From Candidatus Liptonbacteria bacterium (GTDB taxonomy: Bacteria; Patescibacteriota; Minisyncoccia; UBA6257; JACOXY01), in the NCBI GenBank assembly GCA_016182095.1, contig JACOXY010000001.1, positions 1 through 57,993 of the forward strand: a DNA stretch of 57,993 bases, given 5' to 3'. This document shows, in pieces, positions 8,972 to 18,236 of the stretch; positions within the stretch are counted from its first letter, which is position 1, and every line of letters starts with the position of its first letter. The position numbers and the translations under genes are program-made. Under the pieces are notes generated by a model. The model was not told the origin of the DNA, made no database searches, and worked only from the letters and a program-made list of their open reading frames with translations.

Positions 8972-9733
8972 TTATATCATTGTCAAAATTTTCGGCCCGT
9001 CCTTCATTACCGCAACTGTATGCTCGAAATGGGCCGACAAGCTGTGATCTGCTGTGGCATAGCTTTCATCTTTAAGCTGGATTATTTGAGAAGTGCCTTC
9101 TGCTACCATTGGTTCAAGCGCTAAAACCAAGCCGGCTCTTAAAATTTCACCCTTGCCCTTCGTCCCAAAATTTAATACCGATGGATCTTCGTGTAGGCGC
9201 TTGCCTATGCCATGACCGGTTAATCCTCTTATAACTTTAAAACCGTTTTTCTCCACGTAATTCTGAATCGCGTAACCCACATCTCCCAATCTATTGCCTT
9301 CGCGCATCGCTTCCACAGCTTTCTTGAGCGACTGCTTAGTCACCGCGGATAATTTTTTGGCTATATCAGAAACCGGCTCTATGGCTACTGTTACTGCCGC
9401 GTCAACGCACCAGCCCTTAAAATAAAGTCCGAAATCCAGCTTGACCAAATCGCCTTTCTTAATGACATATTCCGTAGGCATGCCATGGACAATCACATTA
9501 TTTACAGAGGCGCAGATTGTAGCCGGGTAAGGTCTTATGGCTCCTTCCGGACGGTACCCCAAAAAAGCCGGCTTCCCCCCCGCGCTTTCTATGAGCTTTG
9601 CCGTGAGCCGATCCAACTGGATTAAAGAAACGCCTTCTCTGGCGTTCAAGCTTACCTCGGAAATGATGCTGGCCAGAATCTTTCCCCCTTCGGCCATTAT
9701 AGCAATTTCATTATCGGATTTAAGATATGACAT
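8972..9733 (-). CDS. map: Methionine aminopeptidase type I
   Basis: ICASVNNVIVHG, DFG..DAA, GHGIG..LHEDP, EPM, AHFEHTV. Confidence 0.97.
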   Translation of the reverse strand: MSYLKSDNEIAIMAEGGKILASIISEVSLNAREGVSLIQLDRLTAKLIESAGGKPAFLGYRPEGAIRPYPATICASVNNVIVHGMPTEYVIKKGDLVKLDFGLYFKGWCVDAAVTVAIEPVSDIAKKLSAVTKQSLKKAVEAMREGNRLGDVGYAIQNYVEKNGFKVIRGLTGHGIGKRLHEDPSVLNFGTKGKGEILRAGLVLALEPMVAEGTSQIIQLKDESYATADHSLSAHFEHTVAVMKDGPKILTMI

Positions 9734-10412
9734 CGGAAAACGTGGTTATTGCTTTTGATATTTGCTTAAAAACTTCGTTCGGCGGCAATTCGCCATCAAT
9801 CTTATGGACACGAACTCCGCGATTTCTTAAATACTCAAAAATTGGCACTGTGCGTTCTTTGTATTCCTTGAGTCGCACCTCAATTATCTCCGGTTTATCC
9901 AAAGTTCTTTTTCTAAAAGATGAACCACAAATCGGACAAAACGGCATGTCAATTCCTTTTGGGAGAAGTGTTTTCAAAATAGCGTTTCCGCAAAGATCGC
10001 AAATTATTCGACTGCTATTTCTCAAAATTGACGTTTCCGGCTTTACATTTAATATAATGGGGAATATGTTTTCTTTGCCAAAAATTTTTTCCATTACCGG
10101 CATTAACCCCTCGGCTTCGTAAAGAGTTCGCGGGGAGCCGCTCATGACCACGCCTTGATTAATGTTGCCGATTCTTTCTACCCATTCTCTTACAATTTTT
10201 AATGTGAGTTCAGGCGTGATAAGAATCCCGGCATCAAACATTTTTTTTGCCTCTTCTATTGTGGGGTCGCCTGCATTTTTAGGATCGTGAACTAATGATT
10301 CCCAATATCTACCGGTATCAAAATGTATCAGACCGAACTCATGGGCAGTCAAGTTGGCCTGCGTCCCCTTCCCGCTCCCCGGAGGGCCATAGATAATGAC
10401 AGCTATCTTCAT
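9720..10412 (-). CDS. adk: Adenylate kinase with zinc LID
   Basis: GPPGSGKGTQA, GSPRT, CDLC...CPIC. Confidence 0.93.
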   Translation of the reverse strand: MKIAVIIYGPPGSGKGTQANLTAHEFGLIHFDTGRYWESLVHDPKNAGDPTIEEAKKMFDAGILITPELTLKIVREWVERIGNINQGVVMSGSPRTLYEAEGLMPVMEKIFGKENIFPIILNVKPETSILRNSSRIICDLCGNAILKTLLPKGIDMPFCPICGSSFRKRTLDKPEIIEVRLKEYKERTVPIFEYLRNRGVRVHKIDGELPPNEVFKQISKAITTFSDVIS

Positions 10413-10511
10413 TGATTAGCAACTAGCGACTAGTGAATAGCCACTAGTAAAAATAAATTGGATACAACTATTGTACCACACTACTGGATAGACCCTCTCT
10501 AGCCCTAAACC

Positions 10512-11792
10512 CTATTTAATACCCTCATATTCGCGGATGGTTAATTGTGAATCAAGCTGCTGCATGGTTTCCAGCGCAACGGCAACAACAATTAAGAGAG
10601 AGGTGCCACCGATGCTAAATGACCCTGCGCCAAGCAAACTTTGCGTAAGTATCGGCAAGACGGCAATGGCGCCCAAAAATATGGCTCCAAACAGAGTTAT
10701 GCGATTTATTATTTTTGCCAAAAATTGTCCGGTTGACTCCCCGGGCCTTATGCCAGGAATAAATCCGCCGCTCTTCTGGAGATTTTTTGAAATCTCTTGG
10801 GGATCAAAGGTTACGGCCGTATAGAAATATGTAAAGGCGACCACAAGCACAAAATAGAAAGATCCGTAAAGAATTTGGTTGGCAAGAAATCTATTAACTA
10901 AATCAATAACCTTGGAGCCCAATTCCGGAGAAATAATCGCGGCTATGATTTGGGCAAAAAATTGCGGGAAAAGCAAAATGGAGATCGCAAAAATGATTGG
11001 GATGACTCCGGCCTGGTTTACCTTGAGCGGCAGATAGGAGGCGACGCCGCCATAAATCTTATTGCCTCGTATTCTTCTCGCGTAGGATACGGGTATTTTG
11101 CGTTCTCCCTGCTGAATAAATACTACTCCGGCGATAACCACGATGCTCACTATCACAAAAGCCGCGTACGTGGGAATATCTGATGTAGTATAAGTAGAAA
11201 ATGCTTGAGCCACGCTTTGAGGTAGCTGACTTACAATGCCGGCAAAAATGATTAGTGAAACACCATTACCGATTTTCTGCTCGGAAATTAACTCACCGAG
11301 CCACACCAGCACCATGGAACCCGCAGTCACAATTAAAACGTTTGAAAGCATCTCAAATGAAAGTGGCGTAAGAGCCGGCAAAACTCCCTGTGATGTGAGA
11401 AGGTTCAAGAATCCATATCCCTGAAGCGCAGCCAATGGAACGGTTAAATATCTTGAGATGCGGTTAAATTTTGCCCTGCCCTGCTCCCCCTCTTCATAGT
11501 AAATTTTTTTCAGGTTAGGAAAAATCATGGTCAGAAGCTGCATGATTATCGTAGCGGTAATATATGGCCCCACGCCCAACATGGCGATAGAGAGATTTGA
11601 AAGACCGCCGCCTGAAAATATGTTAAGAAAACTAAAAAGTTGGCTGGAGCCGAAAAACTGCTCCAAGGCAGTAGCATCAACACCCGGTATTGGCACTGCG
11701 GCCAAAACGCGAAAAACAATAAGAATCCCCAGAACAACGAGGATTTTTTTTCTTAAATCAGGAATTCGAAAAATGTTCAGGATTTTGTTCAT
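10512..11792 (-). CDS. secY: Preprotein translocase SecY
   Basis: LGVGPYITATI, GNGVSLIIFAGI, VNQAGVIPIIFA, FIPGIRPG. Confidence 0.98.
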   Translation of the reverse strand: MNKILNIFRIPDLRKKILVVLGILIVFRVLAAVPIPGVDATALEQFFGSSQLFSFLNIFSGGGLSNLSIAMLGVGPYITATIIMQLLTMIFPNLKKIYYEEGEQGRAKFNRISRYLTVPLAALQGYGFLNLLTSQGVLPALTPLSFEMLSNVLIVTAGSMVLVWLGELISEQKIGNGVSLIIFAGIVSQLPQSVAQAFSTYTTSDIPTYAAFVIVSIVVIAGVVFIQQGERKIPVSYARRIRGNKIYGGVASYLPLKVNQAGVIPIIFAISILLFPQFFAQIIAAIISPELGSKVIDLVNRFLANQILYGSFYFVLVVAFTYFYTAVTFDPQEISKNLQKSGGFIPGIRPGESTGQFLAKIINRITLFGAIFLGAIAVLPILTQSLLGAGSFSIGGTSLLIVVAVALETMQQLDSQLTIREYEGIK

Positions 11793-11855
11793 CCCTCACC
11801 AGAAGAAGGAGCATTTTCTGCCCCTCCTCATATTGTTTAATAATTATCATTGGTA

Positions 11856-12275
11856 TTATATTACTATTTTCCCGCCGGCTTTTAAAATTTTATCCTTTGC
11901 CGATTTGGAGACTAAGAGTCCCCTGATTGCGAGCGGTCTTTTGATTTTCCCATCTCCTAAAATTTTAACTTGTCCACGGTAATTTTTATTAAGAGCGCCT
12001 TCCTTTTTTAGAGTGCTTACTGATATTACAGACGAATTAATTTTTTCCAAATCGGAAAGGTTTAAAACTTTGGGCGATACCGATGTGGGTTTGTTTTTAA
12101 AGCCACGGAGTTTTGGGATGCGTATTAAGAGATCCCGAAAAGCCGGCCTCAATTTGTGCCCGGAACGCGATTTCTGGCCTTTTTGTCCCTTGCCAGATGT
12201 GGTGCCGCGCTTGCCTCCGCGGCCTACTCTTTTTTTATTTTTGCGTGAATGTTGGGGTTTTAGATTATAAAGCAT
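11856..12275 (-). CDS. rplO: 50S ribosomal protein L15
   Basis: RVGRGGKRGTTSGKGQKGQKSRSG, IPKLRGF. Confidence 0.96.
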   Translation of the reverse strand: MLYNLKPQHSRKNKKRVGRGGKRGTTSGKGQKGQKSRSGHKLRPAFRDLLIRIPKLRGFKNKPTSVSPKVLNLSDLEKINSSVISVSTLKKEGALNKNYRGQVKILGDGKIKRPLAIRGLLVSKSAKDKILKAGGKIVI

Positions 12276-12339
12276 AGTTTAGGATTTAGGATTTAGGGTT
12301 TAGGGTTTAGTAACTTCACTATACCCAATACCCAACACC

Positions 12340-12867
12340 CTATACCCTGCCTTGTCTTAATTTCTTCAACGCCTCTATTGTTGCTTTCGCGTTAGTCAGT
12401 TTATTGTTAGTTCTGCCCAAACATTTCGCTGTAGCGTCTTTAACTCCCGCCAAAGACAAAACAACGCGTGGCGCGCCGCCTGCTTTTAGCCCGTTGCCCT
12501 TTGGGGCTGGCCTTATTAAAACTCTGGCGGCGCTGTACTTCGCGAAAGTATCATGTGGAATAGTGGATCCTTTTAGCGGTATTTTTATGATTTGTTTTTT
12601 GGCATCTGCTTTTGCCTTAGCAACGGAAGAAGCCACGTCGGCTCCTTTTGCAATACCAACGCCCACAGAACCGGCCTCGTCCCCGATAACCACGGTCGCC
12701 CTAAATCTAAATCTCTTGCCGCCAGCGACAACTCTGGTAACGCGCCTTAAATCAAGAACTCGCTCCTTGAAAGCATCTTTTGTTATATAATCGCCGCCGC
12801 GCCTTCTTCTGTCGCCCCCTCGTCCGCCCCGATTTCTATTTGGATTTTTATTTTGATTTTGCTCCAT
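12340..12867 (-). CDS. rpsE: 30S ribosomal protein S5
   Basis: RRVTRVVAGGKRFRFRA. Confidence 0.97.
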   Translation of the reverse strand: MEQNQNKNPNRNRGGRGGDRRRRGGDYITKDAFKERVLDLRRVTRVVAGGKRFRFRATVVIGDEAGSVGVGIAKGADVASSVAKAKADAKKQIIKIPLKGSTIPHDTFAKYSAARVLIRPAPKGNGLKAGGAPRVVLSLAGVKDATAKCLGRTNNKLTNAKATIEALKKLRQGRV

Positions 12868-12890
12868 GTTCTAATTTATTTACAAAACAC

Positions 12891-13256
12891 CTATATTCGC
12901 AAGCCGGCTTTCCGCGCCGATTCACACAACGCCATTACCCGGCCATGAAATTTATACCGGCCCCTGTCAAAAACAGCAGCTTTAATTCCAAGCTTGCCGG
13001 CCTTTTTGGCGATCTCCGAGCCAATTTGTTCCGCATCTCCTATTTTTGTTAACTTACTTGCCTCTTTCCCCTTGCGCAATTTTAGAGACGACGCGTGAAC
13101 CAGCGTTTTACCCAATACATCATCAATAAGCTGGGCATAGATAAATTTATTGCTCCGCAAAATTGAGAGCCGCGGACGTGCTGCGGTTCCACGAATTTTG
13201 GAGCGCGTTCTTTTGGCGCGCCGCAGGCGTAATTGATTTAAATGTTTTGTAATCAT
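12891..13256 (-). CDS. rplR: 50S ribosomal protein L18
   Basis: RPRLSILRSNK, FDRGRYKFHGRV. Confidence 0.97.
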   Translation of the reverse strand: MITKHLNQLRLRRAKRTRSKIRGTAARPRLSILRSNKFIYAQLIDDVLGKTLVHASSLKLRKGKEASKLTKIGDAEQIGSEIAKKAGKLGIKAAVFDRGRYKFHGRVMALCESARKAGLRI

Positions 13257-13275
13257 GCTTTCTTCCCGCGATAAT

Positions 13276-13821
13276 TTATGTTGTAGTGCCCGCCACTTTC
13301 TTGCCGGCCTTTCGCATAATAACTTCTCCCCTATATCTGATGCCCTTGCCCTTGTAGGGCTCGGGTTTTTTCAGCGCCCGTATATCGGCCGCAACCTGAC
13401 CGACAAGATATTTATCGATGCCGCTTACCTTGATAGCATTTTTTTCAACGGATATGTTTATCCCATCCGGGGGGGTAATTTTAACCGGGTGAGAATAGCC
13501 AATATTTAGCGCCAGATCCTTTCCGAGAAGAGAAGCCCTGAAGCCAACTCCTTCAATTTCTAAAATTTTTTCAAATCCGGAAGTTAACCCGTCCACGGCG
13601 TTTTTTGTTAACGCTCGCATTGTTCCCCAATTCGCCATCCCGGCTTTGCTTGATTCTTTAGCGGTAAAAATAATTTCCCCGTTCTTAATTTCAGAGTTAA
13701 CAAGCGGCAAAATTTTTACCTCCGCCTTGCCCTTCACGCCCTTAATAACCAGCGCTCCGTCTTTTAGTTCAACCGTAATTCCTTCGGGGATTTTAATTGG
13801 TTGTTTGCCGATCTTGCTCAC
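13276..13821 (-). CDS. rplF: 50S ribosomal protein L6
   Basis: SKIGKQP, PEPYKGKGIRY. Confidence 0.97.
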   Translation of the reverse strand: MSKIGKQPIKIPEGITVELKDGALVIKGVKGKAEVKILPLVNSEIKNGEIIFTAKESSKAGMANWGTMRALTKNAVDGLTSGFEKILEIEGVGFRASLLGKDLALNIGYSHPVKITPPDGINISVEKNAIKVSGIDKYLVGQVAADIRALKKPEPYKGKGIRYRGEVIMRKAGKKVAGTTT

Positions 13822-13895
13822 AATGTGTCATGTGTCATGTGTCATGTACAAGGAATTTTTTATTTACTAATTCGCTTGATACTTGACACTATTGA

Positions 13896-14148
13896 TCACC
13901 ATATTTCAAATAATAATTCTCCGCCGACCTTATTTTTCCTTGCTTCTTTATCAGTCATTATTCCCTTTGGAGTAGAGATGACGGACATGCCGAATCCGCG
14001 TCTCACAGGTCTCAACTCCTTATAGCTCACATAAAATTTTTTGGATGGCTTACTCAAAAATAAAATCCATCTTGCTGTAGGGAGCTTTTAGCAAACTCTT
14101 CTTGGCCGCTTTGGCATTTTTAATTCTGATTAGTAGGTCGGTGTACAT
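13896..14148 (-). pseudogene. rpsH: 30S ribosomal protein S8, apparently internally deleted and frameshifted
   Basis: Frame 1: MYTDLLIRIKNA...PYSKMDFIFE* (stop 14050-14052). Another frame: FLSKPSKKFYVSY...STPKGIMTDKEARKNKVGGELLFEIW*. About 40 central codons are absent. Confidence 0.85.
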
Positions 14149-14156
14149 ATTTTGCT

Positions 14157-14270
14157 AAATTAAAAATTAAATATCAAAGATTAAATATATGGAGTCCCCC
14201 ACCGCTTTTTTTCAAAAGCGGTGGGGGACAATCTTAATTTTTGATTTTTTATTTTTTGTTTTTGATATTA
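14157..14270. repeat. Intergenic hairpin element, copy 1 (rpsN-rpsH)
   Basis: 15-bp perfect stem GTCCCCCACCGCTTT/AAAGCGGTGGGGGAC at 14194-14229 with conserved AT-rich flanks. Confidence 0.85.
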
Positions 14271-14456
14271 TTACCATGACGCTTTCTTTACCCCCGGCAG
14301 TTGGCCCTTCCCGGCCATCTCCCTGAAACAAATTCTGCACACACCGAAGTCCCGCATATATCCGCGTTTTCTCCCGCATCGAAAACATCTCCTGACAGTC
14401 CGGCTCATATATTTCGGCTTTTTTTGCGATCTTGCTATTACTGATTGTTTGGCCAT
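14271..14456 (-). CDS. rpsN: 30S ribosomal protein S14 (zinc-binding type Z)
   Basis: [26 protein letters not shown]. Confidence 0.96.
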   Translation of the reverse strand: MAKQSVIARSQKKPKYMSRTVRRCFRCGRKRGYMRDFGVCRICFREMAGKGQLPGVKKASW

Positions 14457-14555
14457 AATACTTGCGTCAACTTATAACCCATTACTTATAACCCATAACG
14501 GCAGATTATTCAATGGTTTATTTTAGTTATTGGTTATTTAGTTATCAGTTATTAG

Positions 14556-14993
14556 TTATTTCTTAAGCGGTACCCCAAGTCTCCTGTATAAATCAATGGC
14601 TTCCGACCTATTTTTCACCGCCCTTAAAACCACAGAAATTTGGAATCCAAAATTATAGGGCGACTCTTCGGGATTCACCTGTGGAAAAGCCAAATGTTCT
14701 CTTACGCCAAGATTCAGATTCCCGAGCTCATCTACATTTTTTAGATCAATCCCCCTGAAATCTTTGACGCGCGGCAGAGCCGTGTGCATGAGCCGATCTA
14801 AAAAATCACGCGCTCTAGACCCCCGAAGCGTCGCCTTTACTCCGATTACCTGTCCGGTTCTTGTCTTAAATCCAGCAATAGATTTTTTGGCAGTTGTGTG
14901 CTTGGGCTTCTGGCCGGTGATCAAACCAACGTCCTTTATAATAGCAGGAAGAATTTTTTCGGAGAATTGCGGCTCGGAGCTTAGCCGGCCCAA
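14556..14993 (-). CDS. rplE: 50S ribosomal protein L5, N-terminal ~35 residues missing (possible pseudogene or assembly error)
   Basis: ITGQKP, AGFKTR, ALPRVKDFRG present; in-frame TAA two codons upstream of TTG 14993. Confidence 0.8.
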   Translation of the reverse strand: MGRLSSEPQFSEKILPAIIKDVGLITGQKPKHTTAKKSIAGFKTRTGQVIGVKATLRGSRARDFLDRLMHTALPRVKDFRGIDLKNVDELGNLNLGVREHLAFPQVNPEESPYNFGFQISVVLRAVKNRSEAIDLYRRLGVPLKK

Positions 14994-15068
14994 AAATTAA
15001 GAATTTATGCACCGAACATTTACTGGCCTGATTTAGCGCTCGGTAAGATTTATTAGATAAACAATCGC

Positions 15069-15374
15069 CTATAGCAAGCCCTCGCATTTTTTACAGTATC
15101 TAATTTTCTTTTCACCATCTATCCTAATACCAATCCGCGTTGCTTTGCCGCAATTTTGGCACACTGCCTGAACATTTGATATGCCAATCGGCCTGGGCAA
15201 GGAAACCACTTCGCCTTTCTCGCCCTGCCTTTTTGGCCGCGTATGTTTTTTGTAAATATTGATACCGTCAACAATCACTTTTCCGCCCGGGAGAAGCATT
15301 TTCAGAATCTTGCCCGTTTTGCCACGGTCTTTGCCGGCCAATATTTTGACTGTATCGCCTTTTTTTATATTCAT
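15069..15374 (-). CDS. rplX: 50S ribosomal protein L24
   Basis: IKKGDTVKILAGKDRGKTG. Confidence 0.97.
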   Translation of the reverse strand: MNIKKGDTVKILAGKDRGKTGKILKMLLPGGKVIVDGINIYKKHTRPKRQGEKGEVVSLPRPIGISNVQAVCQNCGKATRIGIRIDGEKKIRYCKKCEGLL

Positions 15375-15377
15375 AAT

Positions 15378-15505
15378 TCGCTTCGCTCAAAATTAAAAAC
15401 TAAATATCAAAGATAAAATATATGGAGTCCCCCACCGCTTTTGAAAAAAAGCGGTGGGGGACAATCTTAATTTTTGATTTTTTATTTTTGGTTTTTAATA
15501 TTATT
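15378..15505. repeat. Intergenic hairpin element, copy 2 (rplN-rplX)
   Basis: Same stem at 15427-15462 and same flanks. Confidence 0.85.
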
Positions 15506-15874
15506 TTACACGATTTCTTCCGCCAAACTAATTAATTTTTCATACCCTTTTTCCTTCAACTCTTTCGGGATAGGGCCGAATATCCTTGTGGCAATAGGGT
15601 CTTTTTTGGCGTCAACTATTACTACCGCATTTTCGTCGAAACGTATATACGATCCGTCTTTTCTCCTATAAGCATTGCTTTGTCTTACAATAAGAGCTTT
15701 TACGATATCCTTTTTCTTTAATGTTTTTCTTGGCTCCGCGACTTGAACAGAGGCAACCACGACATCGCCAAGCCCGGCATACCTTCGCCTGGTGCCGCCA
15801 AGCACGCGGAAACAACGCACTATCTTAGCGCCAGAGTTGTCCGCAACTTTTAGAATTGAACGTTCTTGAATCAT
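15506..15874 (-). CDS. rplN: 50S ribosomal protein L14
   Basis: MIQERSILKVADNSGA, DGSYIRFDENA. Confidence 0.98.
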   Translation of the reverse strand: MIQERSILKVADNSGAKIVRCFRVLGGTRRRYAGLGDVVVASVQVAEPRKTLKKKDIVKALIVRQSNAYRRKDGSYIRFDENAVVIVDAKKDPIATRIFGPIPKELKEKGYEKLISLAEEIV

Positions 15875-15981
15875 GTTGCTTCGCTTAAAATTAAAGATTA
15901 AAGATTAAAATTCTGGTTGTTCCAAATTTTATTTAGATAAAATTTGGAACTTCATAAATTTTGATTTTTGCATTTTGATTT

Positions 15982-16230
15982 TTAAATTTTCCCTATAATA
16001 CGCCACCTCTTTTCCTTGCTTAACGGCCTTGTTTGTTCTATCAGAACCTTATCTCCGGTTTTATACTCATTATTTTCATCGTGGGTCTTGAACCGTGATG
16101 TAACTCTAAAATATTTCTGATATTTGGGATGCTTTTTAAGCCGGTTTACAGCAACGACTCTGGTTTTCGCCATTTTATCAGAAATAACCACGCCTTCTAA
16201 TTTCCTTATTTTTTTTGACTTTTGTTCCAT
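15982..16230 (-). CDS. rpsQ: 30S ribosomal protein S17
   Basis: GVVISDKMAKT, TRPLSKEKRW. Confidence 0.97.
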   Translation of the reverse strand: MEQKSKKIRKLEGVVISDKMAKTRVVAVNRLKKHPKYQKYFRVTSRFKTHDENNEYKTGDKVLIEQTRPLSKEKRWRIIGKI

Positions 16231-16234
16231 TTGC

Positions 16235-16441
16235 TTATTGGTTTTTATTATTCTGCTTTTGAATCAATGTTAATGCTTGCGCGATATCTTTTCTAACCTT
16301 TCTGATTTCTGAAACATTTTTTACTTTGCCCGCAGAAAGATCAAACCTCAATGACTGAAGCCGCTCTCTTTTTTCAGAAACGACTTTTTGAAGTTCCGGA
16401 AGCGGCTTATTTTTTAGTTCTTGAAATTCGCTGCGTTTCAT
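16235..16441 (-). CDS. rpmC: 50S ribosomal protein L29
   Basis: LRFDLSAGKVKNVSEIRKVRKDIA; position in operon. Confidence 0.93.
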   Translation of the reverse strand: MKRSEFQELKNKPLPELQKVVSEKRERLQSLRFDLSAGKVKNVSEIRKVRKDIAQALTLIQKQNNKNQ

Positions 16442-16468
16442 ACCAAATAATTTAAATTCTTTTGTTTA

Positions 16469-16879
16469 CTATTTAACAATAACCCTGGTTTTTACCGGCA
16501 ATTTATGTCCCGCGAGCCGAAGAGCTTCTAGCGCAGCCTCATTGGGGACACCGTCCATTTCAAATAAAACCCTTCCAGGCCTAACCGGAAAGACATAGTG
16601 GTCCACCGCACCCTTGCCGCCCCCTAATGTTTTTTCCGGCGCCTGCTTGGTGATGGGTTTATCCGGGAAAATCCGAATCCATACCTTTCCCTCTCTCTTA
16701 ATAAATCCGCTAATGGTCTTTCTGGCGGCTTCAATTTGGCGGGAGTTAACCCATCCTGATTCCAGCGCTTTGAGGCCATGACTGCCGAAAGAAAGAGAAG
16801 CTCCACGGAGTTCTACCTGACGATTTTTTGATCGTCCCTTTTGCCATTTTCTATGTTTAACTTTCTTTGGTATTAACAT
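16469..16879 (-). CDS. rplP: 50S ribosomal protein L16
   Basis: PKKVKHRK, QIEAARK, WIRIFPDKP. Confidence 0.97.
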   Translation of the reverse strand: MLIPKKVKHRKWQKGRSKNRQVELRGASLSFGSHGLKALESGWVNSRQIEAARKTISGFIKREGKVWIRIFPDKPITKQAPEKTLGGGKGAVDHYVFPVRPGRVLFEMDGVPNEAALEALRLAGHKLPVKTRVIVK

Positions 16880-16906
16880 ATGTATAATGCGAAATAAACT
16901 CTAGTG

Positions 16907-17590
16907 TTATTTTTTCTCTTTACTTTTTGCTTCAAAAACTTGGCCTTTGTATATCCAAATCTTTATGCCGACTGTTCCATATGATGTAAACGCTGTCGCT
17001 TCGGCGTAGTCTATGTCGGCTCTAAGAGTCTGCAGAGGAAGACTCCCTTTCGCAAGCCATTCCTCTCTGGCGATCTCTGCTCCATCAAGCCGGCCCCCAA
17101 CCTTAATTTTAGCGCCCTTAACTTCTTTATTCTGCATGATCTGGTCAAGTTGTTTTTTGATAGTGCGCCTGAAAGGAAGGCGCTTTTCCATATCCCAGGC
17201 AATCTGTTGCGCCACATAGGAAGCGGAAATTTCACTGCGCTTCAACTCATCAATGTTAAGGGAAAGCTCCGGCAGTTTAAGTTCCGAATATTTTTTTTGC
17301 AGTTTCTTCAAGGCCCTGATAATCACGAGCTTCAATTCTTCTATGCCCTTTCCTCCTCTGCCGATAATTAATCCTGGTTTGGCGGCTTTAATATTCACTC
17401 GGCAGCGGCTGGAGGTTCTTTCAATATCAATTGCCACAACTCCGGCCGCGCTGATTTTCTTCTTAATCGCGTTTCTTATGGCCTCGTCCTGTTCCAGAAT
17501 CAATTTATATCCGCCGCGGAAAAACCAGCGCGATTGCCACGGCCTTTGTATTCCTAACCTATATGAGTTGGGGTTGATTTTATGTCCCAT
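16907..17590 (-). CDS. rpsC: 30S ribosomal protein S3
   Basis: MGHKINP, KPGLIIGRGG, PLQTLRADIDY. Confidence 0.97.
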   Translation of the reverse strand: MGHKINPNSYRLGIQRPWQSRWFFRGGYKLILEQDEAIRNAIKKKISAAGVVAIDIERTSSRCRVNIKAAKPGLIIGRGGKGIEELKLVIIRALKKLQKKYSELKLPELSLNIDELKRSEISASYVAQQIAWDMEKRLPFRRTIKKQLDQIMQNKEVKGAKIKVGGRLDGAEIAREEWLAKGSLPLQTLRADIDYAEATAFTSYGTVGIKIWIYKGQVFEAKSKEKK

Positions 17591-17591
17591 T

Positions 17592-17717
17592 CGCTTCGCT
17601 TAAAATTAAAAATAAATATCAAAGATTAAATATATGGGGTCCCCCACCGCTTTTTTTAAAAAGCGGTGGGGGACAATCTATATTTTTGATTTTTTATTTT
17701 TGATTTTTGATATTATT
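17592..17717. repeat. Intergenic hairpin element, copy 3 (rplV-rpsC)
   Basis: Same stem at 17639-17674 and same flanks. Confidence 0.85.
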
Positions 17718-18236
17718 TTATACAACTTTCCTTCTAAAAAATCTCCTTAACATTCCCGGTTTCTCTTCGCGCTTCTGTGCCTGCCTTTCTTCGGTTTTCG
17801 GCTCCCTTTCTTTCATTTTTGCTTTAGCCGCGGTTTCCTTAATATCTTTATCTTTTAACTTTTTCCGCACAACGATCTTAAATTTATTTTTTGCAGCTTT
17901 GCCGGATTCCGCGATTACTAAAGTAACATGACTCATCTTTTTTTGTATTGGGGACGCCATGCCTCTTGCTCTGGGCAAATGGCGTTTAAGCATCGGGCCT
18001 TGATTTACGACAATACTCTGGATCACAAGATTATCAGTCCCAAGTTTTTGATTATTTCTTGCATTCGCCACCGCAGATCTAAGCAACTTCAAAAGCGGCC
18101 TTCCCGGTCTCTTTGGCTGCATTAAAAGTACCGCTTCCGCTTCGTTTACCGACATGCCCCTTAGAGAATCCGCGACTAACCTTACCTTTCGCGGCGCAAC
18201 CTTTAGATATTTTAGTTTAGCGGTTTGAGTGTTCAT
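17718..18236 (-). CDS. rplV: 50S ribosomal protein L22 with basic C-terminal extension
   Basis: APRKVRLVAD, KLLRSAVANA, PRARGMA. Confidence 0.96.
   Translation of the reverse strand: MNTQTAKLKYLKVAPRKVRLVADSLRGMSVNEAEAVLLMQPKRPGRPLLKLLRSAVANARNNQKLGTDNLVIQSIVVNQGPMLKRHLPRARGMASPIQKKMSHVTLVIAESGKAAKNKFKIVVRKKLKDKDIKETAAKAKMKEREPKTEERQAQKREEKPGMLRRFFRRKVV

Noticed and set aside
12279-12345. TTTAGGG runs as plant telomere contamination
   Set aside because: Short, degenerate and embedded between bona fide bacterial ribosomal genes; one of several 7-mer families here.
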